The notes: generated by a model from the letters alone, not told the origin. A stretch of 15,765 bases of DNA from Candidatus Methylomirabilota bacterium (GCA_046726415.1 JBKPAK010000041.1:1-15765); one strand, 5' to 3'; shown: positions 1 to 8,594, counted from the first letter of the stretch. Translations and numbers: made by a program.

Positions 1-104
1 TTGTACCAGATGTTGATCGTGCTTCCGATGAGCATCGGAAGCACCGGTGCCGCCCCGGTGAGCAGTAGCGGATGCACGCGCACGCCCCGGGTCCCATCGG
101 TCAC
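1..104 (-). CDS. Possible 5' end of a divergently transcribed membrane protein (partial, runs off the window)
   Basis: Minus-strand frame from GTG(104-102) reads VTDGTRGVRVHPLLLTGAAPVLPMLIGSTINIWY with no stop. It has a hydrophobic stretch and a GSxxNIWY motif that I recall, unverified, from membrane sensor regions of some kinases/PP2C phosphatases. Not in the ORF track. Confidence 0.3.
   Translation of the reverse strand, partial: MTDGTRGVRVHPLLLTGAAPVLPMLIGSTINIWY
19..44. repeat. Perfect 12-bp inverted repeat GTGCTTCCGATG-ag-CATCGGAAGCAC
   Basis: Read directly: arms 19-30 and 33-44, 2-nt spacer. Confidence 0.85.
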
Positions 105-191
105 GCGTTCATGGTCGGCGAAGAGCCGCGGGCGGACAAGGGCCTCCGTGCGCGGCTTGACATGCCGGCCCGGAGACGGCAAAAGAACCTC

Positions 192-980
192 ATGTCTCTG
201 GTCTACGCGGCCGCCCTGCCCCACACCCCGCAGCTCCTGGTCCGCCCCGAAACCGAGGATCGCGATCTTGTGCTCCGGGTGCATGCGGCCTATGCGCGCG
301 TCAAGCGCGAGCTGGCCGCGATCCGGCCCGATGTGATCTGCCTCATCGGCGGCGACCACATCGAGGGATTCTTCCTGAACGCGGTCCCCGCCCTGGCCGT
401 CTTCGTGGGGGCGGAGGTCGCCGGAACGTTCGACCGCTACCGGTACACGTTCCCCGTGCACGAGCCGCTGGCGCGCGCCATCGTTGAGCAAGGCATCGAC
501 CTGGGATTCGACCTCACGTACTCGCAGGACCTCCCGCTCGACTACGCGTTCTACGTCCCCCTCCATTTCACGATGCCTGATCCGCCAGTCCCTATCGTGC
601 CGCTGTACGTGAACGTCTACCTCCCGCCGCAGCCCACGCCGCGCCGTTGCTATGCCTGGGGACAGGCGCTGCGCGGCATTCTCGATGCGCGAGCCGAGCG
701 GGTGGCCCTGATCGCGTCGGGCGGCCTGTCGCACTATCCGGGTACGGACCGATACGCGTCGCCCGACTTCGAGTGGGACCGCCAGCGCTTGGCGGCCCTC
801 GAGGCGGGGCGTGGCGCGGAGACGGCAGCCCTCACCGGCGACGAGCTCGACAAGGCGGGCAACGCGGAGTTCCGGACCTGGATCACCCTCCTGGGAGGGA
901 TGGGCTCCACTCGGGCCGTCGTGGTGTGCTACGAACCCTCCTGGCATCACGGCAACGCTGTGGTGACGTGGCCGGTGTGA
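192..980 (+). CDS. ligB: LigB-family (class III) extradiol ring-cleavage dioxygenase, catalytic subunit, 262 aa
   Basis: Start at ATG192 (MSLVYAAALPHTP) fits the family N-terminus. Motifs: His11 (PHTP), His56 (GDH), His181 (ASGGLSH) and Glu226 (NAEFRTW), plus IVPLYVNV..PP.PTPRRC. The upstream 40 codons of the track ORF (72..) are probably not translated. Confidence 0.88.
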   Translation: MSLVYAAALPHTPQLLVRPETEDRDLVLRVHAAYARVKRELAAIRPDVICLIGGDHIEGFFLNAVPALAVFVGAEVAGTFDRYRYTFPVHEPLARAIVEQGIDLGFDLTYSQDLPLDYAFYVPLHFTMPDPPVPIVPLYVNVYLPPQPTPRRCYAWGQALRGILDARAERVALIASGGLSHYPGTDRYASPDFEWDRQRLAALEAGRGAETAALTGDELDKAGNAEFRTWITLLGGMGSTRAVVVCYEPSWHHGNAVVTWPV

Positions 981-981
981 C

Positions 982-1254
982 GTGGCGTCGCATTACTTCT
1001 TCCCGCCAGCCAGCGCCTATCCTCTCAACCGCTTTCTCTTCGCGCTGAAGTCCGATGACGGCGTCCGCGCCCGCTATCTGAGCGATCCGGAAGCCACGTT
1101 GCGCGAGGCGAGTCTGGAGGGTGAGGCGGCCGCAGCGCTCCGCGACCTCGACCGCGACCGTCTGGTGAGGTGCGGGGCCCATCCCTACCTAGTGTTCATG
1201 GCCGGCCTGCGCCTGCGCATGTCGCGCGACTCGAGCTCCTTCGAGCGGTTTTAG
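982..1254 (+). CDS. ligA: LigA-like small subunit of an aromatic ring-opening dioxygenase, 90 aa
   Basis: GTG start 1 nt after the ligB stop. YPLNRFLFAL...R.RYLSDPEA.L....L......L...D...L...GAHPYL matches the LigA helical pattern, and size and context fit. Confidence 0.8.
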   Translation: MASHYFFPPASAYPLNRFLFALKSDDGVRARYLSDPEATLREASLEGEAAAALRDLDRDRLVRCGAHPYLVFMAGLRLRMSRDSSSFERF

Positions 1255-1307
1255 GTCAACGTCCCCGCGCTTCCCAAGAGCGACGCCGGTGCCCTCGGGC
1301 GGGCTCG

Positions 1308-1316
1308 TGGTAATGT
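1308..1316 (+). promoter_or_regulatory. Extended -10 element (TGG-TAATGT), 7 nt before the ribokinase GTG; leaderless-type promoter
   Basis: TGn + TANNNT at 1308-1316, with no Shine-Dalgarno before GTG1324. Confidence 0.5.
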
Positions 1317-1323
1317 CGCCCGC

Positions 1324-2241
1324 GTGAGGGCACCGCGTGTGCTCGTCGTCGGGTCGGCCAACGTCGACTATGTCGTCTCCGTGTCGCGATTGCCGGCCGC
1401 GGGGGAAACCGTCTCGGGCGGCGCCCTGCTGATCAACCACGGGGGAAAGGGCGCCAATCAGGCGGTGGCGGCGCGACGGCTGGGCGCCGACGTGAAGTTC
1501 ATCGGCTGCGTGGGCGACGACGCGGCCGGCGCAGCCATCCGCACCCGCCTCGCCGCGGAGGGCATCGACGTCTCCGGGGTGTCGTCCACCGCTGATGCGC
1601 CCACGGGGACGGCCCTCATCGTCGTCGATCCGGAAGGCCGCAACCAGATCGCGGTGGCGCCCGGCGCCAACCACCGATTGAGCGCCGAAATGGTCTGGGC
1701 GCGTCGAGACGACTTCGCCTGGCCGCAGGTGGTGCTCTGTCCGCTGGAGATGCCTCCGCCCACCGCGGTCTGGGTGTTGCGGGAGGCGAGGTCGCGCGGC
1801 GCCCTGACCGTCTTCAACCCGGCGCCCGTGCAGCCGCTTCCTGACGAGGTGTGGCCACATGTCGCCTACCTCACGCCGAACGGAGGCGAAGCGGCACGCC
1901 TGGCCGGCGGCATCGCCGATCCCGAGGCCGCCGCCCAGGCGCTTCGGGCCCGCGGCGTGCGGACCGTCATCGTCACGCTTGGCGAGCAGGGCGCCCTGGC
2001 GTGCAGCGACGGGCCGCTGCTTCGCGTTCCGGCGCCGGCGGTGACCGTCGTCGACACAACAGGGGCCGGGGATGCGTTCAACGGCGCCCTCGCCGTCAGC
2101 CTCGCCGAGGGACGGCCTCTGGCCGACGCCGTGCGCTTCGCCGTTGCCGCCGGGGCGCTGGCCTGCACGCGACGGGGCGCGCAGGATGCGCTGGGCCCGC
2201 GCGAGGAGGTCGAGCGGCTGCTCGCGCGATTCCCCGGCTGA
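1324..2241 (+). CDS. rbsK: Ribokinase (PfkB family), 305 aa
   Basis: VVGSANVD, GGKGANQAVAARRLG, GCVGDD, TGTALIVVD.EG.N.I.V.PGAN, NPAP and DTTGAGDAFNGALA signature motifs. Confidence 0.9.
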   Translation: MRAPRVLVVGSANVDYVVSVSRLPAAGETVSGGALLINHGGKGANQAVAARRLGADVKFIGCVGDDAAGAAIRTRLAAEGIDVSGVSSTADAPTGTALIVVDPEGRNQIAVAPGANHRLSAEMVWARRDDFAWPQVVLCPLEMPPPTAVWVLREARSRGALTVFNPAPVQPLPDEVWPHVAYLTPNGGEAARLAGGIADPEAAAQALRARGVRTVIVTLGEQGALACSDGPLLRVPAPAVTVVDTTGAGDAFNGALAVSLAEGRPLADAVRFAVAAGALACTRRGAQDALGPREEVERLLARFPG

Positions 2242-2281
2242 GGGTCGTCTCGAACCCGTCGAGGGGCCGACGCTCTCACAG

Positions 2282-2310
2282 TTGGCCGGCGCCGTCCGAC
2301 CGATTAGAAT
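2282..2310 (+). promoter_or_regulatory. Sigma70-type promoter for the ABC transporter operon
   Basis: TTGGCC(2282-2287)-17 nt-TAGAAT(2305-2310), followed by RBS AGGAGG at 2363-2368 before ATG2375. Confidence 0.55.
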
Positions 2311-2374
2311 GGCGGCCGGTTTCGGCGAGACATCGCGTTCGTCACGCAGGAATCCCGGCCGCAGGAGGCGAACA

Positions 2375-3643
2375 ATGCTCACGACCCGGCGCACCTTCCT
2401 CACCCTCATCGGCGGAGCGGCAGCTGCGAGAACAGCCATGGGCACCGCGCCGCTGCACGCCCAGGCTGGCCCGGTGAAGATCGGAGTCCTCGGAGCCAAG
2501 GCCGGCGTGTGGGCGCCGGTCGGGGAGTCCGGCTTTCGCGGCACCCAGTACGCGGTCGACCGGATCAACGCGGCGGGCGGAATCCTCGGCCGCAAGATCG
2601 AGACGGTCATCGAGGAGGAATCGAGTCCGCAGGAAACGGTTGAGCGCTTCCGCAAGCTCGCCCTCCAGGCGAAGGTCGATGTGATCACCGGGACGGCATC
2701 AACGGCGGTGGGGCTGGCCATTGGCCCGGTGGCCGAAGACCTCAAGATGATCTGGCTCTCCTGGGACGCCACCACCCAGAAGGGCGTTGAGGAGACAATG
2801 CCGAAGCCGAAGTACGCATTCCGCTCGTGCGACAACGAGTGCGAGGCGGTGATGGCCTCGATCCTGACCGCCCGGAACTTCAAGGGCAAGATTCGCACGG
2901 TGGCCGGCATCAACAACGACTACTCGTACGGGCGCGACAACTGGGCGGCCTTTCAGGCCATCATGAAGAAGTTCGAGATGGGCGTGATCCCCGTGGTCGA
3001 GCTGTGGCCGAAGTCGGGGACCACCGACTACACCTCGCACGTAGCCGCGCTCCAGCAGGCCAAGCCGGACCTGATCTTCTGCAGCTTCTGGAACGCGGAG
3101 GCGCCCATCTTCCTGAAACAGGCCCACGCCGCCGGGCTCACCGCCGCGACGAAGTTCGTGCTCTCCACGGCGGGAGGCGTACACGATTCGATGAAGAAGG
3201 CCTTCACCCCCGAGGGCTACCTCATGGGCTACAACTCGATGTACTTCGAGGCGCCCAACGCCAGCCCGCTCTTGAAGGACTTCGTCAAGTGGCACTTCGA
3301 GCGGTTCAAGGAATGGCCGAACTACGAGTCGGATCACGCTTACTTCACCGTCATGGCCTACCGGGCCGCCATCGAGAAGGCGGCGAAGGCCGGCGGCGGC
3401 AGGTGGCCGACCCCGGAACAGATCATCGCCGCTCTGGAGGGCCTCGACGTGGAGTCCCTCTCTGGCCGACGGCGCTACCGTGAGGATCACATCATGGAGG
3501 CGTCGTTCTACCAGGGGTTCACCACCCACAAGAACGCCTATGACTTTGTCACCATCAGTCCCGTGGAGATGATGACGCCCCGACAGATCCAGAAGCCGTC
3601 CGGCGTCGGCCTCTACGACTGGATCAACAGCTGGAAGGTCTGA
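2375..3643 (+). CDS. ABC transporter substrate-binding protein, branched-chain/HAAT (LivK-like), Tat-exported
   Basis: AGGAGG RBS. Twin-arginine signal TRRTFL with cleavage motif LHA/AQA. VKIG, INAAGGILGRKIE, DYSYGRD and DYTSHVAAL...KPD motifs. Upstream of livHMGF-like genes. Confidence 0.92.
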   Translation: MLTTRRTFLTLIGGAAAARTAMGTAPLHAQAGPVKIGVLGAKAGVWAPVGESGFRGTQYAVDRINAAGGILGRKIETVIEEESSPQETVERFRKLALQAKVDVITGTASTAVGLAIGPVAEDLKMIWLSWDATTQKGVEETMPKPKYAFRSCDNECEAVMASILTARNFKGKIRTVAGINNDYSYGRDNWAAFQAIMKKFEMGVIPVVELWPKSGTTDYTSHVAALQQAKPDLIFCSFWNAEAPIFLKQAHAAGLTAATKFVLSTAGGVHDSMKKAFTPEGYLMGYNSMYFEAPNASPLLKDFVKWHFERFKEWPNYESDHAYFTVMAYRAAIEKAAKAGGGRWPTPEQIIAALEGLDVESLSGRRRYREDHIMEASFYQGFTTHKNAYDFVTISPVEMMTPRQIQKPSGVGLYDWINSWKV

Positions 3644-4518
3644 AGCTTCTCAATATTCTGCTCGGCGGCGTATTTCACGCGGCGGTGCTGTTCCTGGTCG
3701 CCGCGGGACTCCAGCTCGTCTTTGGAGTGCAACGGATCCTGAATCTCGCCTGCGGCTCGTTCTACGCGCTGGGTGCCTACTTCGCGGTCACCGCCGTGAC
3801 GTGGGCGCTCGGAGCAGGGTTGCCGGTGGGGTTCTTCTTTGGTGTGCTCGTGCTGAGCGGGCTGCTCCTGGCCGCCCTGGGTCCCCCGGTGGAGCGACTC
3901 CTCCGCCGGATTTACGGACGCGACGAGGCCTTCCAGCTCCTTCTCACCTTCGCCCTCGTGCTGATGTTCGAGGACGTGATGCGGTTCTTCTGGGGCACCC
4001 AGCCGCGCCAGCTCGGCAACCTCTACCTCGCCTATGGACAGCTCAAGATCGGAGGCCTGACCGTCCCAACCTATAACCTCATCGTGATTGCGGCCGGTGG
4101 CGCCATCGCTCTGCTCATGGGTTGGTTCCTGACGCGCACGCGCTTCGGCCGCATCGTGACGGCCACCGCCGAGAACCGGGAGATGAGCGAGGCCCTCGGC
4201 GTCAACATGTCGCGGCTCTACGCCCGCGTCTTCACCCTGGGCACTGCCCTGGGGACCGTGGGCGGTGCGCTGGTCATTCCGGCCACGGCGGCGGTGAGCG
4301 AGATGGGTATCGAGCTGATCGTCGAGGCCTTCGCGGTCGTGGTCATCGGCGGGTTGGGGAGCATGCGTGGCGCGTTCGCCGGCGCGCTCATCGTGGGGCT
4401 CATGCGCGCCCTGGCCATCGCGACGGTGCCCGAGGTCGAGATGCTGGCCATTTACCTCGTGGTGGTCGCCGTTCTCGTCCTCCGCCCCGCCGGCCTCTTC
4501 GCGCGAGCCACCGCGTGA
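3640..4518 (+). CDS. livH: Branched-chain-type ABC permease (LivH-like); probable CTG start overlapping the upstream stop
   Basis: LFLVAAGLQLVFGV..ILNLA.GSFYALGAY, TRFG....A..EN, AFAVVVIGGLGS and LRPAGLF motifs. The first TM helix extends back to CTG3640 (LKLLNILLGGVFHAAV). The track start at GTG3685 would truncate it. Confidence 0.88.
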   Translation: MKLLNILLGGVFHAAVLFLVAAGLQLVFGVQRILNLACGSFYALGAYFAVTAVTWALGAGLPVGFFFGVLVLSGLLLAALGPPVERLLRRIYGRDEAFQLLLTFALVLMFEDVMRFFWGTQPRQLGNLYLAYGQLKIGGLTVPTYNLIVIAAGGAIALLMGWFLTRTRFGRIVTATAENREMSEALGVNMSRLYARVFTLGTALGTVGGALVIPATAAVSEMGIELIVEAFAVVVIGGLGSMRGAFAGALIVGLMRALAIATVPEVEMLAIYLVVVAVLVLRPAGLFARATA

Positions 4519-5462
4519 TCCGCTGGACGTTGCTCGTCGGGGCCGCGACGGGGATGGCCCTCGTACCTCTGATGGGCCGCGAGTACTACGCGACCCTGAT
4601 GCTGCCGTTCTTCGCCTATGGGATTGCCTTGCTGGGTCTGAATCTACTGTTCGGCTCCACGGGATTGCTCTCTTTCGGTCACGCCCTTTTCGTGGCCCTG
4701 GGCGCCTACACCGCCGCCTTCCTCACGAGCGCTCTGGGGGTCCTCCACCTCGAGGTTATCCTGATCGCGGCTATGGCCGTGGGGTTCGCCATTGCCGTGC
4801 CCGTCGGGCTACTCTGCGTGCGCTACGTGAAGATCTACTTCGGGATCCTCACCCTGGCCTTTGGCATGCTCTTTTACTCGTTTCTGTACAAGTTCTATCA
4901 TCTGACGGGCGGCGACGAGGGGATGCCCGTGCTGCGGCCGAAGCTCCTGGGTCAGAGCTTCGCGTCCTTCGACAAGGTGCCATTCCTGGTCGGGCCGTAT
5001 TACTACTACTCGCTGGCCCTGCTCATCGTGGCCGCTCTGATCATGTGGCGTATCGTGCACTCGCCCTTCGGCCTGTGCCTGCGGGCCATTCGCGAGAATC
5101 CCGGCAAGGCGCAATACGTGGGGGTCCACGTGCGGCGCTACCGCCTCCTGGCATTCTCGATCGCTGGGGTGTTCGGCGCCGTTGGCGGCACCCTGCTCAC
5201 GATTCCCACCGGGCTCGCCGATCCACTGCTGGCCTACTGGACACACTCCGGCAACCTCGTGTTCATGATGCTGCTGGGCGGCTTCACCAGTTTCTTTGGC
5301 CCACTGCTGGGAGCGTTCGTGTTCATTTTCCTCAAGGATCAGGTGATGTCCCTCACCGAGTACTGGCGATTCGTGTTCGGGGCCATCCTGGCGGTGATCG
5401 TCGTGTTCTTTCCCCACGGCCTCATGGGTCTGATCGAAGGGCGCAGGGGAACGCACGGGTGA
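4515..5462 (+). CDS. livM: Branched-chain-type ABC permease (LivM-like)
   Basis: GTGA overlap with the livH stop. GLNLLFG.TGLLSFGHA.F, YFGILTLAF, TGGDEG, SPFG..LRAIREN, LLGG..SF.GP.LGA and FPHGL motifs. Confidence 0.92.
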   Translation: MIRWTLLVGAATGMALVPLMGREYYATLMLPFFAYGIALLGLNLLFGSTGLLSFGHALFVALGAYTAAFLTSALGVLHLEVILIAAMAVGFAIAVPVGLLCVRYVKIYFGILTLAFGMLFYSFLYKFYHLTGGDEGMPVLRPKLLGQSFASFDKVPFLVGPYYYYSLALLIVAALIMWRIVHSPFGLCLRAIRENPGKAQYVGVHVRRYRLLAFSIAGVFGAVGGTLLTIPTGLADPLLAYWTHSGNLVFMMLLGGFTSFFGPLLGAFVFIFLKDQVMSLTEYWRFVFGAILAVIVVFFPHGLMGLIEGRRGTHG

Positions 5463-6280
5463 GGCCCGTCCCCCTTCTGGAGGCGGTGGGCGTGCGCAAG
5501 CTCTACGGCGACTACGTCGCCCTCGATGGCGTGAGCCTGGTCATCCACGAAGAGCAGTTCGTCTCCATCGTGGGTCCCAACGGCGCGGGCAAGACCACGC
5601 TGGTCAACGTCCTGACTGGGCTTGTGCCCCCCAACGCCGGGACCGTGCGCTTCGAGGGGCGGAACATCGCGGGGATCGGCCCGGTTCGCCTGGCTGCGCT
5701 CGGCATGGCGCGCAGCTTCCAGCTCGTCAACATCTTTCCGGCGCTGACGGTGGCGGAAACGCTCGCGGTGGCGGCGGTCTCCCAGCTCGGCCGCGGCCGG
5801 CGGCTGTGGGCCTCGCTCGACCGCGACGGCGAGGTGCAGGCCCGCGTGGCCGCCGTCGCCGATCTCTTCGGTCTGGCCCCGAAACTGAGCGTGCTGGCGC
5901 AGACGCTCTCGCAGGGAGACAAGAAGCTGCTCGACGTCGCCAGCGCCTTCGCCCTCCGGCCTCGGATCATCCTGCTCGACGAGCCGACGAGCGGGGTGAG
6001 CACGCGTGACAAGGTCACCATCATGGAGACCTTGGTGGCTGCCGCGCGGGAAACGGGCATCAAGGCCATCATCCAGATCGAGCACGACATGGATATCGTG
6101 TTCGGTTACTCACACCGCATCGTGGCGCTCCATCAGGGCCGCATCCTCGCCGACAACACGCCCGACGGCATCCGGCGCGACGAGCAGGTGGTCGCCACGG
6201 TGATCGGCCGGGCTCCGCTGAAGGCGGGCCGAGGCCACGCCATCGCGGTCCCGGAACGCCCGGATCGGACGCGCCACTGA
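5459..6280 (+). CDS. livG: ABC ATP-binding protein (LivG-like)
   Basis: GTGA overlap. Walker A GPNGAGKTT, GMARSFQ, LSQGD signature, Walker B ILLDEPTSG and IEHDMD. Confidence 0.92.
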   Translation: MRPVPLLEAVGVRKLYGDYVALDGVSLVIHEEQFVSIVGPNGAGKTTLVNVLTGLVPPNAGTVRFEGRNIAGIGPVRLAALGMARSFQLVNIFPALTVAETLAVAAVSQLGRGRRLWASLDRDGEVQARVAAVADLFGLAPKLSVLAQTLSQGDKKLLDVASAFALRPRIILLDEPTSGVSTRDKVTIMETLVAAARETGIKAIIQIEHDMDIVFGYSHRIVALHQGRILADNTPDGIRRDEQVVATVIGRAPLKAGRGHAIAVPERPDRTRH

Positions 6281-6281
6281 C

Positions 6282-6989
6282 GTGCTCTCCATCGAGGCGC
6301 TCGACGTCTCCATCGAGGCGAGCCGCATCCTGCGCGAGGTGACCCTCCAGGTGGGCGCGCGTGAGCTGGTCTGTCTGGTCGGGCGCAACGGCGCCGGCAA
6401 GACCACCACCCTGCGCACCATCATGGGCTATCTCCGACCCGACCGCGGACGCATCGAGTTCAAGGGACAGTCGGTGGTCGGCCGGCCCACGCACGCCATC
6501 GCCCTGCTGGGCATCGGCTTCTCACCCGAGGAGAGCGCGATCTTCGGCGATCTCACGGTGGCCGAGAACATCGAGATCGCCACGTGGACTCGCCCGGGAG
6601 GCCGAGCGGGAGCCGAGCGGGTGGCCCTCGCCTATGACGTCTTCCCCACCCTCAAGCCCTATGCGGCACGCGGCGGCACGCAGCTCTCGGGCGGCGAGCG
6701 GAAGATGCTCTCCATCGCCCGCGCCCTCGCCCTCGATCCCGAGCTGCTGCTGCTCGACGAGCCTTTCGAGGGACTGTCGCCCGCCATCATCCCGGGGATC
6801 AGCGAGAGCATTGCCGCCATCACCCAGCTTGGCCATGGCATCCTGCTCGCCGAGTCGAACATCCATCACGTGCCGGAGTACGCGGCGCGCCTGTACGTCC
6901 TCGAGCGGGGCGAGATTGTCTTCGCGGGTACGCTAGACGATGCGCACCGTGACGCCGCCGTCCTCCGCGTCATCGGCGGGCAAGGCTAG
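6282..6989 (+). CDS. livF: ABC ATP-binding protein (LivF-like)
   Basis: GRNGAGKTT, LSGGERKML and LLLLDEPFEGLSP. GTG start 1 nt after the livG stop. Confidence 0.92.
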   Translation: MLSIEALDVSIEASRILREVTLQVGARELVCLVGRNGAGKTTTLRTIMGYLRPDRGRIEFKGQSVVGRPTHAIALLGIGFSPEESAIFGDLTVAENIEIATWTRPGGRAGAERVALAYDVFPTLKPYAARGGTQLSGGERKMLSIARALALDPELLLLDEPFEGLSPAIIPGISESIAAITQLGHGILLAESNIHHVPEYAARLYVLERGEIVFAGTLDDAHRDAAVLRVIGGQG

Positions 6990-7139
6990 ACGCCAGGGGA
7001 TTTGAGAGGCGATGGCTCGCCAGGAGCCCGTCCCCGAGTCTGAACCGCGGCGCTCGCTTATGATGAGGCGAGCCGTCAGAGATCGACCTGCGGTCGAGCT
7101 CGAAGAGCGAAGCGAACTGCGCATCCGAGGAGGTCTGGC

Positions 7140-8162
7140 ATGACCGCATCCCTTCCGCTGATCCCCACCGCCGTAGTGGGCTCGCACGGGAAGCCTGGCT
7201 GGTGGTTCGCGTCGGTGAAGGCCCAGGAGCGAGCCGAGTTCGGCCCCGCCGACCTGGAGGAGATGTTCGACGACGCCGCCGACACCGCCATCCGCGACAT
7301 GGAGAGGGCCGGCATCGACATCATCACTGACGGTGAAGTGCGCCGGATCGACGGCTACGTCGACTCGTACTACGCCATCATCAAGGGCATCGAGGCGCGA
7401 CCGGTGCGCCGGAAGGCCGGCCCCTGGGGCTACGACCAGCAGACCCGCTACGAGGCGGTGGGGCGGATCGAAACGCCGTCCGGTGGCCTCGGCATCATCA
7501 AGGAGTTCGAGTATCTGAAGGCGCACACCGCGCGGCACACCAAGGCCACCTGCGCGGGACCCCTCACCTTCGGTTCGCGCATCCATCCCGGCGCGATCTA
7601 CTCGGGCGTGGTCGACGTGGCCGAGCGCTTCGCTGAGGTCATCAACGAGGAGCTGAAGGGGCTGGTGGCGGCGGGGGCCGACTTCATCCAGCTCGATGAG
7701 CCGGCGCGCGGCAACGTCTCCGGTGAAGAGATGGCGCGACTCTTCAACCTGGCCACCGAGGGGGTCGAGGCCAAGCTGGCCTTCCACATCTGCTTCGGCA
7801 ACCGCTTCGGCCGATCGCGCTTCCTGCGGAGCTACGAGCCGTACTTCCCCGGGGTGCTCAAGGCCCGCGCCGACCAGTTCGTCCTGGAGTTCGCGGGGCG
7901 GGAGCTGTCCGAGCTGCCGCTGTGGAAGAAATACGGTGACGGGCGCGAGCTGGGGGCCGGCATCATCGACGTGAAGGGCTTTCACCCAGAGACGGCCGAG
8001 GACGTCGCCGGCCGCATTCGCAAGGTCCTTCAGGTCTGTCCGGCGGACAAGCTGACGGTGAACCCCGACTGCGGCTTCGGCTGGAGCCCGCGCTATATGT
8101 GCAACCAGAAGCTCCGCGGTCTGGCCGGTGGAGCCGCCCTGGTGAGAAGGGAAATCTCGTGA
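7140..8162 (+). CDS. Cobalamin-independent methionine synthase II family protein (single-barrel Meth_synt_2, Zn-thiol alkyltransferase), 340 aa
   Basis: RBS GAGGAGG at 7127-7133. PTAVVGS..KP, GIDIITDGE.RR, GPLT and IQLDEP motifs. Zn ligands HIC(FGN), E (VLEF) and NPDCG. Lacks the N-terminal barrel of full-length MetE. Confidence 0.9.
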   Translation: MTASLPLIPTAVVGSHGKPGWWFASVKAQERAEFGPADLEEMFDDAADTAIRDMERAGIDIITDGEVRRIDGYVDSYYAIIKGIEARPVRRKAGPWGYDQQTRYEAVGRIETPSGGLGIIKEFEYLKAHTARHTKATCAGPLTFGSRIHPGAIYSGVVDVAERFAEVINEELKGLVAAGADFIQLDEPARGNVSGEEMARLFNLATEGVEAKLAFHICFGNRFGRSRFLRSYEPYFPGVLKARADQFVLEFAGRELSELPLWKKYGDGRELGAGIIDVKGFHPETAEDVAGRIRKVLQVCPADKLTVNPDCGFGWSPRYMCNQKLRGLAGGAALVRREIS

Positions 8163-8189
8163 CCCGTCCTCACGTACACTGAGTGCACG

Positions 8190-8555
8190 ATGCCCAAGCC
8201 TGAGCTGGAGTTCTTCGCACCCGATCATCTTCCCTGGCGGCCGGTGGCCGGCTCTGTCACCGGTGGGGCGGGAGGCCCGGGGGTCAGCGAGAAAATTCTC
8301 GCCCACGATCTGGGCACGGGCGACGTGACCCGCCTGCTGCGCTTCGAAGCGGGCGTGGAGACTGCGGAAACGATCATCCACGACTTCTGGGAAGAGGTTT
8401 GGATCGTCGAGGGCTCGCTGATCGACCTCGGCAAGGGCCAGACCTTCAGGGCGGGCATGTATGCGTGCCGGCCCCCCGGCATGGTTCACGGTCCCTATCG
8501 CGTGCCCGAGGGCGGTTGCGTCACGTTCGAGATTCGCTACGGCAGGGCGCGCTGA
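8190..8555 (+). CDS. Cupin-domain protein (ChrR-like cupin), 121 aa
   Basis: TRLLRF..G, HDFWEEVWIVEG and GMYACRPPGMVHGP provide the cupin H..E...H metal motif. Confidence 0.8.
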   Translation: MPKPELEFFAPDHLPWRPVAGSVTGGAGGPGVSEKILAHDLGTGDVTRLLRFEAGVETAETIIHDFWEEVWIVEGSLIDLGKGQTFRAGMYACRPPGMVHGPYRVPEGGCVTFEIRYGRAR

Positions 8556-8594
8556 GTTCCGGCGGTCGACGATGATCCACCAAGGAGAGTTGCC

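Noticed and set aside
2239-2278. Imperfect hairpin after rbsK as an intrinsic terminator
   Set aside because: Several bulges and no poly-U tail, so it is not supportable.
6287-6320. 13-bp direct repeat CTCCATCGAGGCG in the 5' end of livF
   Set aside because: In-frame coding repeat (SIEA...SIEA) compatible with a normal LivF N-terminus.
6990-7139. Known SAM-I/II, SAH or cobalamin riboswitch upstream of the methionine synthase II gene
   Set aside because: Core consensus motifs were not found by eye. CCGAGGAG resembles the start of an SAH riboswitch but is simply the RBS, with no downstream aptamer.
8159-8182. 7-codon mini-ORF (VTRPHVH) bridging the methionine synthase II and cupin genes
   Set aside because: Too short to distinguish from chance, and not in frame with the cupin.
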